DNA of 64,000 nt from NCBI RefSeq assembly GCF_006345805.1, contig NC_042998.1, positions 22,196,001 to 22,260,000 of the forward strand, read 5' to 3'. Shown in pieces: positions 1-12,411 of the stretch. This DNA is from Octopus sinensis (Eukaryota). The position numbers were made by a program, and so were the translations under genes. How positions within the stretch are numbered: position 1 is the stretch's first letter; the number at the start of each line of letters is the position of its first letter. The notes beneath the pieces were generated by a model. That model saw nothing but the letters and a program-made list of their open reading frames with translations, made no database searches and was not told where the DNA came from.

Positions 1-48
1 TAGCTATCTATCTAATTTATTTATATGTATACATACATACTTATATGC

Positions 49-137
49 CAGTGGTTCCCAACCTTTTCACAGTGGTTTCCAACCCCTCTTATTTAAATGG
101 GTTTTCTCATGGACCCCTTTTACTATGCTCATCCTTA

Positions 138-189
<52 letters not shown>

Positions 190-268
190 TGAAGTTAAAT
201 TTTGAATCTAGTTCACGGACCCCCAGAGCACCAGGGTTCCGTGGACCCCAGGTTGGTGGGAACTACCA
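49..268. mobile_element. hAT/Charlie-like MITE remnant with internal (TG)(TA)n
   Basis: Left end CAGTGGTTCCCAACC, degenerate right end GGTTGGTGGGAACTAC. Related single ends GGTTGAGAAC at about 25375 and 56455. Confidence 0.55.
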
Positions 269-1984
269 ATATATGTACTTATATAAAACAAGGTATGAAT
301 AATAGTCATTACATATTTTTCCTTTATTAGAGCAAATTTGGCTTACAACCGTTTCCAGCACTCATTATAGGTTCATTACTAACAGGCTTGCTCAATTGGT
401 CTATTGATCAGTTGAGAAAAATCGAATGAACCCTCAAAATTTAATGCTTCTTTTGTCAGAGCCATTTCTAGTTATAACAAAGCAGCAGTTATTTTAAAAC
501 TATTGTGATTTCTGGCTATTATAAGTATCGTTTATCCCCTTTTGTTAGCTACAAGACTTGACTCTCTCGTTCCAATGTTACAAACCTTCATCTTTTAAAG
601 AGATCTAAATTTAAACCTGCCATTAAAATTTTACATTAATTTGCTTCAAACACCTGTTTAATAGCGATGATATCATTTTATTAAATTCTTCTTTATTTTC
701 GATATTAATAGAGTCAAAAACAGTACATTTCAATAGAGATTTGGTAACAAAGGGGTTAAATTTAGTCTTCACAATCATTTCCTTCGTTATATCACGTTTG
801 TAGTTTTGGCTGGAAGGGGGTCTTTAAAATATTAGTGAACTGACACATAATTATAGGTATCTGTACCTTGTTCATAGTAACAAAAAAAAAAAAAAAAGAA
901 GGAAAAAAAGGTTGTAATGGGTTAAGTTTTCTCAGATTATATTGAATATCAATTAAAGAAAGAAAAACTTTGGAAATTTTAGTATTTTTGATAAGATACT
1001 TCAAAACTGTACCTTACATTTTGCAGTATAATATTGACAAATCATCAATTAAATATTGTTCTAATTAAAATTACAAGATTTATTAAAAAATTCAATATGT
1101 AATTTTGTTGTTTTTTTTTTTCTGTTATTGTTTTTATAAGATCCAAAAAAAAAAAAAATTCTTTGTGATTCTCAAAGAAAAAGACAATTCAATGGAACTG
1201 TCAAACAATGCTTGATTAATAAAATAAGATTACTTCCTTTATGTGTTTCCTTTCATTGGATAATTTCCATAGAAATAAATTACAAAAAAAAACATTTTTT
1301 TTAGAAATTTAAATTTTTTCTTTCATTTCAAAATTTATATTTCATTTTTCTTTTTATTTCAAGAAAGGGTATGATTTTGTTATTATTTAACAAAAATTTC
1401 TTCATCATCATCATCAACATCATTATCCTCATCATCATTAATAATAATAATAATAATATATATATATATATATATTTTCTCAATGTTTTTATGTGCTTTT
1501 CTCTCTTTTGAATATAATTTCATATTTTGAAAATTTCCATTTATGAATAAACATTTAGTTTAGTATGAAGGTGAGGCGGTGTGAAGGGAGGGGGAAAAAA
1601 ATGAAGGAAGGAGTGAGGGGGGAGACTGCTGAATGAAAAATCCCCCCCAATCTGAAATAATAAAAAGCAGAAAGGAAAACAGAAAGTGGCCAGTGTTCTG
1701 TTATATGACAATTGTGATTAAAAAGAAAAGAAAAATTATTTTTGAATATGGAAATGAAATAATTTAGCATCGGAATTCTTTAATAATTTATATTGCTAGA
1801 GATGAAGTAGAACTGAAGAACGGAAAAGTGTAGATGAAGTAGCGTTAAAGAAGAGAGGTAAATTACTTCTGCATCTACATTTATAATTATACCAATACAT
1901 GCCATTACCAATTAAAAAAATCAGTGTAATTACTAATGAAAGAATAAGTGTAAATTTTTATTTATTTATTTGTAATGGTGATAG

Positions 1985-2815
1985 TGGGAAGCTGGCAGAA
2001 TTGTTAGCACACTAGACAAAATGCTATAAAGTAATTTGTCGGTTTTTATTTTCTGAGTTCAAATTCTGCTGAGGTCAACTTTGCGTTTCATCTTTTTGGG
2101 GCTGATGAAATAAGTACTAGTTCACTTCTGGGGGATGATGTAATCGGTCATTCTCCTTCCTCAAAATTTCGGGTCTTGGGCCAACAGTAGAAAGAATTAT
2201 ATTATCATCATAATTAAGGTAACGAGCTGGCAGAATTGTTAGCACACCAGACAAAATGCTTAGTGGTATTTCGTCTGCCGCTACGTTCTGAGTTCAAATT
2301 CCGCCGAGGTCGACTTTGACTTTCATCCTTTCGGGGTCGATAAATTAAGTACGAGTTTTCACTGGGGTCGATGTAAGCGACTTAATCCCTTTGTCTGTCC
2401 TTGTTTATCCCCTCTGTGTGTAGCCCCTTGTGGGTAATAAAGAAATAGGTATTTCATCCAATGCTACGTTCTAAGTTCAAATTCTGCCGAGGTTGACTTT
2501 ACTTTTTATCCTTTTGGGGATCGATAAAATAAGTACCAGTTGAAGACTAGGGTCGATGCAATCGACTCACTCCCCCCCCCCCCAAGCTGCCCTTGTGGCA
2601 AAGATTTGAAATAATTATCATTATTATTAAGGTGGTAAGCTGGCAGAATCACAACCGCATCAGACGAAATGAGTTCAAATTCCGCCGAGGTCGACTTTAC
2701 TTTTCATCCTTTTGGGGATCAATAAAATAAGTACCAGTTGAACACTGGGGTCGATGTAAGCGACTCATCTCCTCCCACAAAATTTCTACCCTTGTGGCAA
2801 AATTTGAAACCATTA
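1985..2815 (+). mobile_element. Cluster of four head-to-tail copies of SINE family B (tRNA-like head)
   Basis: Repeated gagctggcagaattgttagcac...gagttcaaattccgccgaggtcgactttg.ctttcatcctttcggggtcgataaa.taagtaccag. The central block resembles, from memory, the Meta/MESC SINE domain. More copies at about 3170, 3840-4100, 5380-5830, 37745-37960 and 58530-58690. Confidence 0.8.
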
Positions 2816-3324
2816 TTATTATTATTATTATTATTCCGTGAATTGGAGAGGACACTTGCTCTTGAGATTTCAGAGAAATCTCAGACAACAGATTTCCTTG
2901 ATTATCCCTAGAGACCTTCTTGTATCAGGAGGGCCACATCTCTCTCATCCTCCCCATCACTTTTATTTTTAAGACCTTTGTATGCTCTGCATATGTCCCT
3001 TCCTTTTCAGGGTATACCATGTTTACTTACTTTTTTTTTAATCATTTCTTTATTATATGTAAACCCCCACACTTTATGTTTGTCTTTGTATTGTCCCCCT
3101 TATCCTTCGCCCTTGTGGCAAATAAATGAAACCATTATTATAATTATTATTATTATTATGAAAACCAAGATAGTGAGCTGGCGGAATTGTCAGCATGCCA
3201 GACAAACTGTTTGGTAACGTATCCTCTGTCTCTATGTTCTGAGATTAAATTTTACCAAGATTGACTTTGCATTTCTCTCTTTTGGGTTCAATGAAATAAG
3301 TACCAGTTAACTTCTGGGGGTGGA

Positions 3325-3830
3325 GACGTGTGGGTGAGTGGATAGGGTGTCAGCATCATGATCATAAGATTGTGGTTTCCATTCCTGGACCGGGCGACGC
3401 GTTGTGTTCTTGAGCAAAACACTTCATTTCACGTTGCTCCAGTCCACTCAGCTGGCAAAAATAAGTAACGCTGCAATGGACTAGCGTCCCATCCAGCTGG
3501 GGAACACATACGCCATAAAAACCAGGAAACTGGGCCCATGAACCTGGCTAGGCTTTAAAAGGGCACATTTATTAAGTGAGGTGCGTGGGTGAATGGTTAG
3601 GGTGTCAGCATCATGATCATAAGATTGTGGTTTCGATTCCTGGACCAGGCGACGTGTTGTGTTCTTGAGCAAAACACTTCATTTTCGCATTGCTCCAGTT
3701 CACTCAGCTGGCAAAAATGAGTAACGCTGTGATGGACTGGCGTCCCGTCCAGCTGGGGAACACATACGCCATTGAAACTGGGAAACTGGGCCCATGAACC
3801 TGGCTAGGCTTTAAAAAGGGTGCATTTATA
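3325..3830 (+). mobile_element. Head-to-tail dimer of SINE family C (tRNA-derived, about 250 bp units)
   Basis: Two near-identical units with box A/B-like gtggttagggtgtc...gtttcgattcc, then gtgttcttgagcaaaacacttc...ggctttaaaagggc. Confidence 0.8.
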
Positions 3831-4394
3831 TATTTTTTTATTTAACTTCTGGGGGCAATGTAACTGACTATCCGTCTCCTTCAAAATTTCAGTCTTTTTA
3901 TTTACAGCAGAAAGAATTATTTGTAATGGTAAAGACAGGCAATTGCCAGAATTGTTAATATGCCGGATGATATGATCAAATTTCACCAAGGTTGAATTTG
4001 GTTTTCATCCTCCCAGGGTCAATGAAATAAGTACCAGTTGAACACTTGGGTTGATGTAATTAACTAACCCCTTAACCCCCATGCAATATTTCAGGCCTTG
4101 TGCCTAAAGTAGAAAGAATTATTTGTAATGGTTATAATCAGAAGAATATGGCCTCTACTCATAATCTTTTGTTGTACCTGTGTCTGGAAATGATTGCATG
4201 AAATTCCTCTAGACCTGAGACCTGTCCCCAAAGTTTGCAACAAAGACATCCAAAGGTCAAGTCTTGCTTTGGCATGATTTTTACAGCTGGATGCTCTTCC
4301 TAATGCCAAACATTTTTACAGAGCAGAACGGGTGCTTTTACCATGATATCAGCACTTCGCTCCAGTATAGTTTTAGATATCCTTATATAAGGTA

Positions 4395-4773
4395 ACTAGC
4401 AGTATCGCCCGGCGTTGCTTGGGTTTGTTTTGATCCTTTAGAATTGGAATTTTTGAAAAGTAAAAATTTTGCATTATGTAGCTTGTTATTCTCTTTAAGT
4501 GAATATTTTTCTGGTTGAAATACACTGAAAAATGGCGACACAGCAGTAAAAAAAATAGGGATTTTCGTAGAAAAAAAGCACCTTTTTGATGTAAATAATT
4601 TTTGGTGTTAACATGGTCCGATTTGAATTTTTTCTTCTATGGAGTGAAGAGCAAGCCTTCTTCTATCATACTCTCAATTTTGGTCAACTTGTGTCACAGG
4701 GTCTCGGAGGAGATAGTGTTAGTTGAAGGCTACCAAACTTGCCACACACAGACAACTTCAGCTTTATATATAG
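4395..4773 (+). mobile_element. Non-autonomous Helitron/Lep1-like element
   Basis: Starts actagcagtatcgcccggcgttgcttggg and ends acagacaacttcagctttatatatag. An inverted full copy lies at 57770-58149. Class assigned from terminal motif resemblance only. Confidence 0.55.
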
Positions 4774-4859
4774 AGAGATTTGGGCTGCTATTTCTCCCAG
4801 ATCAAATGAAAAAAAAATTCTTTTTTTTTTTCCTTCAGAGAAATATTCCTTTTTCTACA

Positions 4860-5330
4860 TTAATCATCCACTAGATACCATCCACCCTTCACAGGCGGAC
4901 TACCACGGATTACTATCTCAAATTTTTTATCTTCTCCTTATACATTCACTGTATTTTAAGTCTTTCCAAATTTGATAATCTCCTCATGTAATTCTTGGAT
5001 TTCCTCTTCCGCCTCTTTCCAGGTTCCATTTTGGCTTCTATTACCTTCTATTGCCTTCCATTAATGGTCTCTATAAACCATTTTTTCTAATTTAGTGTCC
5101 ATAACATTTTTAGTTTTACCTCTTTGGTGACTAATAAAATATTCTTAGTTTCTGCCATTCTTAGTTCTTCATTATTATTTTTGTATTTTGTCCATAATGT
5201 TCTGAAAATTCTTTTATGTCACCACATTTCAAACACTTTGAATATAATTTATAATTCTCTAATACTTTAATGTCCATGTTTCAGCTAAATGGACCATGTG
5301 TGACATTTTAATAATTCTTTTCTAGTTTCA
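4860..5330 (-). mobile_element. Decayed RTE-clade LINE 3' fragment
   Basis: Minus-strand translation with stops gives ..VFEMW*HKRIFRTLW..NEEL...GKRRKR.., matching the RTE RT C-terminal pattern. Confidence 0.55.
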
Positions 5331-5467
5331 ATATATTAAGGCGTTTTAGTATCGGTAAGTCTGACCTAGAATAAGGTGGCATTCTGTCAGAATTGTTACC
5401 ATGCTGGATAAAAAAGCTTGGTGGTGTTTCTCCCGACTTTACGTTCTGGGTTCAAATCCCACCTTGT

Positions 5468-5710
5468 AAGAGAGTCCAGTTTGCTGGACATTGTTGTAGA
5501 GCTGAAAAAGAGGTAATTTCTACTCTTCTCCTCTGGAAGCCATCTACTTGCAATACCAGAGGGTGCACACTCTCCTACCCTGATGTAATCTCCAGGGATA
5601 CAGGCATCCAGCAACAGGACCTCCATAATGCCATGATGGTCCATGAAGTCTGGCGTAGCATGGTAAATTCCATTGTCTCGACCACGGTCGAACAATGATG
5701 ATGATGATGT
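5468..5710 (+). mobile_element. RTE-clade LINE 3' end with (TGA)n tail, inserted into a family-B SINE
   Basis: ORF 5393-5698 contains QFAGHCCRAEKEVISTLLLWKP...YPDVISRDTG...VWRSMVNSIVSTTVEQ* followed by tgatgatgatg. SINE B sequence resumes at about 5712. Confidence 0.75.
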
Positions 5711-5892
5711 GGTCGACTTTGTCTTTCATCCTTTCAAGGTCAATAAATCAAGTACCAGTTGAGTGCTGGGATTAATGTAATCGACTGACCCCCTCCCCCA
5801 AAATTGCTGGCCTTGTGCCAAAATTTGAAATCAATGTTTGGTTTAAGCCTTTAGCATTCAGATTACTCTGTTGAATGTAATGCTTATTTTGT

Positions 5893-6101
5893 TCTTTTAC
5901 TGGTTTCAGTCATTTGACTGTGGCCATGCTGGAGCACCGCCTTTAGTCGAACAAATCGACCCCCCCTCTAGGACTTATTCTTTGTAAGCTTAGTACTTAT
6001 TCTATTGGTCTCTTTTGATGAACTGCTAATTACAGGATGTAAACACACCAACATCGGTTGTCAAGTGATGGCGGTGGGAACAAACGCAGACACACAAACA
6101 T

Positions 6102-6138
<37 letters not shown>

Positions 6139-6368
6139 CTTAGAAAAAACTTAGATATGTTTCGATCAGAGATTGGTCCAGGCCATGTCTAGAATATATA
6201 TATATATTTTCGACTGGGGCTTCTTTCAGTTTCTGCCTACCAAATCCACTCACAAAGCTTTGGTCGGCTTGAAGCTATAGCAGAAGACACTTGCCCAAGG
6301 TACCACACAGTGGGTCTGAACCCGGAACCATGTGGTTGGTAAACAAGCTACTTACAACACAGCCACTC
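5893..6368 (-). mobile_element. SINE family A (tRNA-derived, internal (TA)/(TG)n)
   Basis: Consensus ggcgcaggagtggctgtgtggtaag...ggttcagtccc...(TA)n...gactgaaacaagtaaaagag. This copy carries a 60-nt insert in its TA tract. Confidence 0.85.
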
Positions 6369-6534
6369 ATTCATATTGTTTTGAATTTATCCTGCATTAT
6401 CTCGTAGCCTTGACATTTTGATGATGTGATTGTTTATTTTTAGAATGACGTTGAAAGATCAGTGCGAGATGCCAGATCTGGCCAGTTTGACCATATAGCA
6501 AGTAGAATATTTTGGCCAGAGATGACCAGTTTAA

Positions 6535-6755
6535 CCCTTTAGCATTTAAACTGGCCATATCCGGCCAAAAGTATTCTGCCTGTTTTATGTTGAAACTGGC
6601 CAGATCTGGTCTCTTACACCAACCCTACAACATCGTTTTAAAAATTAACAGCCACCTCATCAAAATATCATAGCTACAAGATAATGCATGATTAGTTCAA
6701 AACAATATGGATAAAAAAGGATTAGCTTTGGCAGAATAATGCAAACACTAAAGGG
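6535..6755 (+). mobile_element. piggyBac-type MITE family 1
   Basis: TTAA at 6531-34 and 6756-59, TIR ccctttag/ctaaaggg. Degenerate copies at 6370-6533 (inverted), 29500-29690 and 46800-47025. Confidence 0.75.
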
Positions 6756-6843
6756 TTAAATGTGATAGGGTTAAAAGAACAACTTGAATATCATTTCACA
6801 ATTAATATATTCATTTTCCTTCTTTTTTTCCATTTTATTCCAG

Positions 6844-7067
6844 AACCGAAATGTAGTCCGGTGGTTTATATTTGGTTTACGGAACAAAGTATTACCATTT
6901 CTTGAAACTTACGACACATCTGAGAATTGGAAGAAGAAAAAGCCTCTTCATTATTATGACTTAGCAGAATGTAAGCAAATCACATACAATGCAGGGAATC
7001 ACCTTACGAATTATTCCTTTTGTTTGTTGTTACCTGACAAAGTTTTAGAATTGAAAGCAAAAAATAG
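6844..7067 (+). CDS. PLEKHS1-like: Internal coding exon 1 (in window) of a PH + tandem PDZ-like adaptor gene; PH domain beta strands
   Basis: Acceptor ttttattccAG at 6842-43, donor GTaaat at 7068. Translates NRNVVRWFIFGLRNKVLPFLETYDTSENWKKKKPLHYYDLAECKQITY...YSFCLLLPDKVLELKAKN, a PH-like pattern. Ends in phase 2, matching the next exon. Starts in phase 0 without Met, so an upstream exon is needed. Confidence 0.85.
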
Positions 7068-7405
7068 GTAAATATATATTTTTTTTTACTTATTTTATAA
7101 ACTCTGGTATTTTTGTTTCTTGTTATATATGCTGGTGCCATGTAAAAAAAGCCCCATGTGCCAGCCAAAAGCAAGTGTATTGGGGGCTTGCAAACACACA
7201 CATACATGAATGCACAACAGACACATGAACACACACATGCATACACGACTGGCTTCTTTAAAGTTTCTGTCTCACAAATTCCATTCACAAAGTATTGGCC
7301 AACCCACAGGTATCATAGAACACACTTGGCCCAGGTGTCGCACAAGGAAATTGAACCTGAAGCTATATCATTATGTAACTAACTTCGTAACCACACATCC
7401 ATCTC

Positions 7406-7868
7406 TGTATCTTAAGACCAACCTGGCTGAAACCGGCGCTGGCTCTGAGTACAAATGTCTTGTTTTCATAAGTTTTGAATTAAAATCTTCCACCAAGCCT
7501 TAGTCACAATTTATGTTCCTAACACTAGCTTAACAATAGCTAGGTTATTTTACTAAATTCTTTGTTATATTTAAAATAATTGAGAGAAATATAGGGCATC
7601 TTAAACAGAAATATGGTAACAAAAGGGTTAAAAAATGATTAATTTAACCCTTTCGATACCAACCTGCCTGAAACTGCTTCTGGCTTTGGAGTACAAATGT
7701 CTTGTTTTCATAAGTTCTGAATTAAAATCTTCCACCAAACCTTACTCACAATTTATGTTCCTAACACTAGCTGAATGATAACTAAGTTATTTTACTAAAT
7801 TCTTTGTTATATTTAAAATAATTGAAAGAAACACAGAGCATCTCCACAGAAATATTGTAATGAAAGGG
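7406..7868 (+). mobile_element. Two tandem copies of piggyBac-type MITE family 2
   Basis: Second copy 7648-7868 has TTAA flanks and TIR ccctttcgatacca / gtaatgaaaggg. First copy ends in ggtaacaaaaggg-TTAA at 7627. Confidence 0.8.
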
Positions 7869-7980
7869 TTAACAAAAACATATTGGCCCAGAATGCTACT
7901 GGAGTAGAACTTTTACACACTCACAGAACATTTTAAACAACGCCACACAATGTTTTAGAAGAATTTTACATTCAATTATT

Positions 7981-8689
7981 CTTTTACTTGTTTCAGTCAT
8001 TTGACTGTGGCCATGCTGGAGCACTGCCTTTAGTCGAGCAAATCGACCCCAGAACTTATTTTTTGTAAGCCCAGTACTTATTCTACCAGTCTCTTTTGCC
8101 GAACTGCTAAGTTACGGGGGACGTAAACATCCCAGCATTAGTTGTCAAGCGATGTTGGGGGTCAAACACAGACACACACACTATATATATATATATATAT
8201 ACATATATATATACGACGGGCTTCTTCCAGTTTCCGTTTACCAAATCCACTCACAAGGCTTTGGTCAGCTCGAGGCTATAGTAGAAGACACCTGCCCAAG
8301 CTGCCACGCAGTGGGACTGAACCCTGCACCATGTGGTTGGTAAGCAAGCTACTTAGCACACAGCCACTCCTGCGCCACTTTTTTTTTTCTGTGTATACTC
8401 ATTTACTTGCTTCAGTCTTCTTGGTATTCTATCAGTCTCTTTTGCCGAACCACTAAGTTATCGCAACATAAACACACCAGCATCGGTTGCCAAGCGATGG
8501 TGGGGGTACAAACACATATATATATACGACGGGCTTCTTTCAGTTTCCATCTACCAAATCCATCCACAAGGCTTTGGTCAGCCTGAGGCTATAGTAGAAG
8601 ATACTTGCCCAAGTTTCCACACAGTGGGACTGAACCTGGAACCATGTGGTTTCTAAGCAAGCTACTTACCACACAGCCTCTCCTGCGCC
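7981..8689 (-). mobile_element. Two adjacent SINE A copies (7981-8376 full, 8400-8689 partial)
   Basis: Both end in cacagccactcctgcgcc-like heads on the + strand. Confidence 0.85.
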
Positions 8690-9773
8690 TATGAGGAAAA
8701 ATTCTTTCATGTATGATATTTATTTGTACTTAACTCAGAAGAATGAAAGACGAAATAGAATCCAAAATTATTTGGATACCGAACACTAATGGCAGATGCT
8801 AAATACTATAATGCACTCTGTGAAGTGCTCTCTTAGCTGTAGTGATTCTGCTCATCCGCTAATCTCGAAAATATAAGAAACAATAAAAATTACCAAAATC
8901 TAATATCAATCCTTATAAGGAATTCAAACAAAAACTGTTTATCATCCTCCTACAATCCTGTTTCAATCTAAAGCATTGTAATTCTGTTACCATGACTGTT
9001 GCTTTTAAGAATTCCAATATATACTTTGGTAACTAACCATCAATCTGTCATCTGTTCAGAATTTACCACGTACATTTACTGAAATCTTCACAAGTTATAG
9101 GCTCTGCTATTTTATTACATTGATTTCTTCTCCATAAATGCACACCATGGCAATTTTGTATAGTTTTATGACTTTTATAAGTTTTGGTAAATAAAGGGCA
9201 GCATCAGTGATATTTAAGCTCCCCTTAATACTTTTTTTTTGTTTTTTTGTTTTTTTGTTTATTTGTCCCTTCAAGAATGGAGCCACCAACAATTATAGAG
9301 TGGCTGGACTGGTAGAGTGTGTAAGGCTAGATGTCTTATGCTGTTTAATAAAAGCGGATGCTAGCCTAATTGATGAAGTAAGCCATGAAATTTTCATCAA
9401 TTAAAAATCAATAACGGAGAAGAAAAATACACATATCATGAATTTCTTCTTAAGTAATTGTTTCTTTGTCTTTAAGAAAATGTCTTGGTTCAGAAAATGT
9501 TAAATTAATAAACCTCAGGTTATGTCATGTTGATGATTTCTAAGAAGAGTGAAATAGTGCCTCACGTGATTACCACTGGCTATTAGGTTGTTTCACATGA
9601 AATGTCACATTTTTAATTACTTGCTTTTTCAGTCATTTAAAAACTCAATTATGTATACCTTGCATTTAATCTTGACTCTTTTTCTTTCCCAACAATATTG
9701 GTTTACAATTATAATTAATTAAACATGGAATGTAAGTGGGGAGTGAATCTTATCATTAGCAATACAGTAGACA

Positions 9774-9816
9774 ACTTCAGACATGTTTCAGTGTTATTGG
9801 ATTTCATCAGTAAAGT
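9774..9816 (-). ncRNA. Degenerate minimal type-I hammerhead ribozyme motif
   Basis: Minus strand reads acttta-CTGATGA-aatccaataacact-GAA-ACATGT-C-tgaagt: 6-bp stem I, intact core, palindromic stem III, GUC site. Stem II is not paired. Confidence 0.45.
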
Positions 9817-10009
9817 AGAGACTTGGATGGCATTATCTTAGAATGACAAAAGAGATGTAGGACTTTTGTGAATGAACTCAGAGTTTGTTTATTTGCTTCA
9901 ACAACGGTGGTGCCCCAGCATGGCCACAGCCTTCGGGCTAAAACATTTTTAAGGATTTAAGGATTTGTTTATCTCTGCTAACATGGGTTTGGTCAGTGAG
10001 ATATTCTCT

Positions 10010-10367
10010 CTTTTCACTTTTATTCATTTCAGTCATTAAACTATGGCCATGCTGGAGCACTATATTGGAGAACTATAATCAAATGAATCAATCTCATTAC
10101 CTTTTTTTTTAAAGCCTAGTACATATTCTATCGGGGATATAAACACACAAACACAGGTTGTCAACCAGGGTTTGTTACAAACACAGACACAAAGACACAA
10201 ACATGTATATATGCAATGGGCTTCTTTCAGTTTCCATCTACCAAATCCACTCACAAAACTTTGGTCAGTCTAAGGCTATAGTAGAAGACACTTGCCCAAG
10301 AGGCCACACAGTGGGACTGAACCTGGAACCATTTGGTTGATAAGGGAACTTTTTAACCACACAGCCA
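10010..10367 (-). mobile_element. SINE A, degenerate
   Basis: Matches family A tail, body and head. Confidence 0.75.
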
Positions 10368-10609
10368 CTTAAGGCAAGATTTCATGGCCACGTGCTCTTC
10401 CGCTTGACAAACCTTACCTGTTTATGAAGCGAGGAATTATTTTTATTCTACAGATATTTTCAGAGCACAGACTGTTTGGTGGGTCCTGGTGTTAACAAGG
10501 AATATCAACATCAATATCATTTCACTCAACCAATGAGAAATGTAGGCTTTAAACATGACATACATTCACACACAGACACACCACATACAGATATGTATGC
10601 GTTTATTAT

Positions 10610-10945
10610 ATATTATGTGCATGCGTGCGTGTGTACGTATGTATGTCTATATATATATATATATTACATATGTGTGTGTATATGTATATATATATATAAT
10701 ATTTACATATATATGTGTGTGTATATGCATATATATATATATATATATTTACATATATATGTGTGTGTATATGCATATATATATATTTACATATATATGT
10801 GTGTGTATAGCATATATATATATTTACATATATATGTGTGTGTATATGTATATATATATATATATATGTATGTATATTTACATATATATGTGTGAGTATA
10901 TGTATGTATATATATATATATATATGTATTTATATAAAATATACA
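10610..10945. repeat. Compound (TA)n/(TG)n microsatellite
   Basis: Direct reading. Similar tracts at 19720-20440, 30830-32110, 51190-51500, 51930-52380 and 60520-61140. Confidence 0.95.
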
Positions 10946-11364
10946 CCCACATATCATTGCCACTGATGACAATGGTGACGGTTGTGGTGGTGCTGGTGCT
11001 GGTGGAACGGAAAGGATAATGACATACATATATGACCGGCTCGTGTGCTGTTTTTTTGTGTGTCTACGAAATTCCATTTACAAAGACTTGGTGCTATAAT
11101 ACAAGACATTGGCCTGAGGCACTGGAACCATGCTGCTGTAAAAAAGAACTTCACCATCAAATGGCTCTGCCTACAACTAGTACCAATTAGAGAGCTAATA
11201 TCTGCCATGATATTTATCACAAGGTCCACCCCAGGTATTAGTTAAATATAAAGGAAAATACTGAATTACAGGAAAAACAAAAAAGCAATTCTGTCTTTTC
11301 ACTAATTGTTATACCATTTTCTCATGGTGCTATTTCATCTATCCGTCTGTCTGTCTATCTACAG

Positions 11365-11724
11365 GCATGGGTGTGGCTGTGTGGTGAGAAGCTTTCTTCT
11401 CAACTACATGGTTCAAGGTTCAGTCCCACTCTGTGGCACCTTGGACAAGTATCTTCTACTGTAGCCTCAGGCCAGCTAAAGCTTTGCAAGTGGGTTGTTT
11501 GGTAGATGAAAACTGAAAGAAGCCCATTGTATAAATAAATAAATAAATAAATAGGCGCAGGAGTGGCTGTGCGGTAAGTAGCCTGCTAACCAACCACATG
11601 GTTCCGGGTTCAGTCCCACTGCGTGGCTTCTTGGGCAAGTGTCTTCTGCTATAGCCCCGGGCCAACCAATGCTTTGTGAGTGGATTTGGTAGACGGAAAC
11701 TGAAAGAAGCCTGTCGTATATATG

Positions 11725-11755
<31 letters not shown>

Positions 11756-11966
11756 ATGTGTTTGTGTGTCTGTGTTTGTCTCCCTAGCATTGCTTGACAA
11801 CCGATGCTGGTGTGTTTATGTTCCCATCACTTGGCGGTTCGGCAAAAGAGACTGATAGAATAAGTACTGGGCTTACAAAGAATAAATCCCAGGGTCGGTT
11901 TGCTCGACTAAAGGCAGTGCTCCAGCATATCTGCAGTCAAATGACTGAAACAAGTAAAAGAGTAAA
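11365..11966 (+). mobile_element. Partial SINE A head (11365-11530) plus full SINE A (11554-11966)
   Basis: ggcgcaggagtggctgtgcggtaag at 11554, gactgaaacaagtaaaagag tail. Confidence 0.88.
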
Positions 11967-12288
11967 TAAATAAATATATGTGTGTGTGTATAACACTGTA
12001 TATATATTCTCTACTGGGAATGACCAAGTTTAAAAATCTGATGAATCTCACTCATAAGGGAATATTACATTGCTTATAAACTCTATATTTGGAAGGACTC
12101 ATTTTAAACTCTGTTGGACTCTTGGATTTTACCCAAAGGATATTGGAATATTGCATATATACTATTATGCCTATAAAACGGATTTACAACTTCAATACCC
12201 ATACATATCTTGCATCTATTTTCTTTCCTCCACCTCACTCTCTATTTTGTATCACATCGAAACTATGACTTAACCATCCTCTCACACT

Positions 12289-12341
12289 GTCTCCGATGAA
12301 GGGATATAATGAATAAATATCCTAGAAACAGCTGTATAGAC
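12289..12341 (+). ncRNA. Core-mutated hammerhead motif in a PLE-like terminal fragment (about 12060-12400)
   Basis: gtct-CCGATGA-a-gggatat-aatgaataa-atatcct-a-GAAA-cagctg-TA-t-agac. Homologous to the 18779 and 19536 motifs, with U4>C and a 1-nt insertion after the site. Confidence 0.55.
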
Positions 12342-12411
12342 CTTCTATCTATAAATGCTCTAATATCTATACAGCTTTGGTTTTTTATCTTATTATGCAA
12401 AAAATTCTTAT

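Noticed and set aside
1795-1860. Possible upstream exon ending gag|GTaaat at 1858
   Set aside because: All frames have stops and none supplies the phase-0 PH beta-1 segment. A non-coding exon cannot be excluded.
3325-3400. tRNA-like heads (also at 14690-14762, 43235-43300 and in SINE A/B) as tRNA genes
   Set aside because: They lack complete cloverleaf pairing and run directly into SINE bodies.
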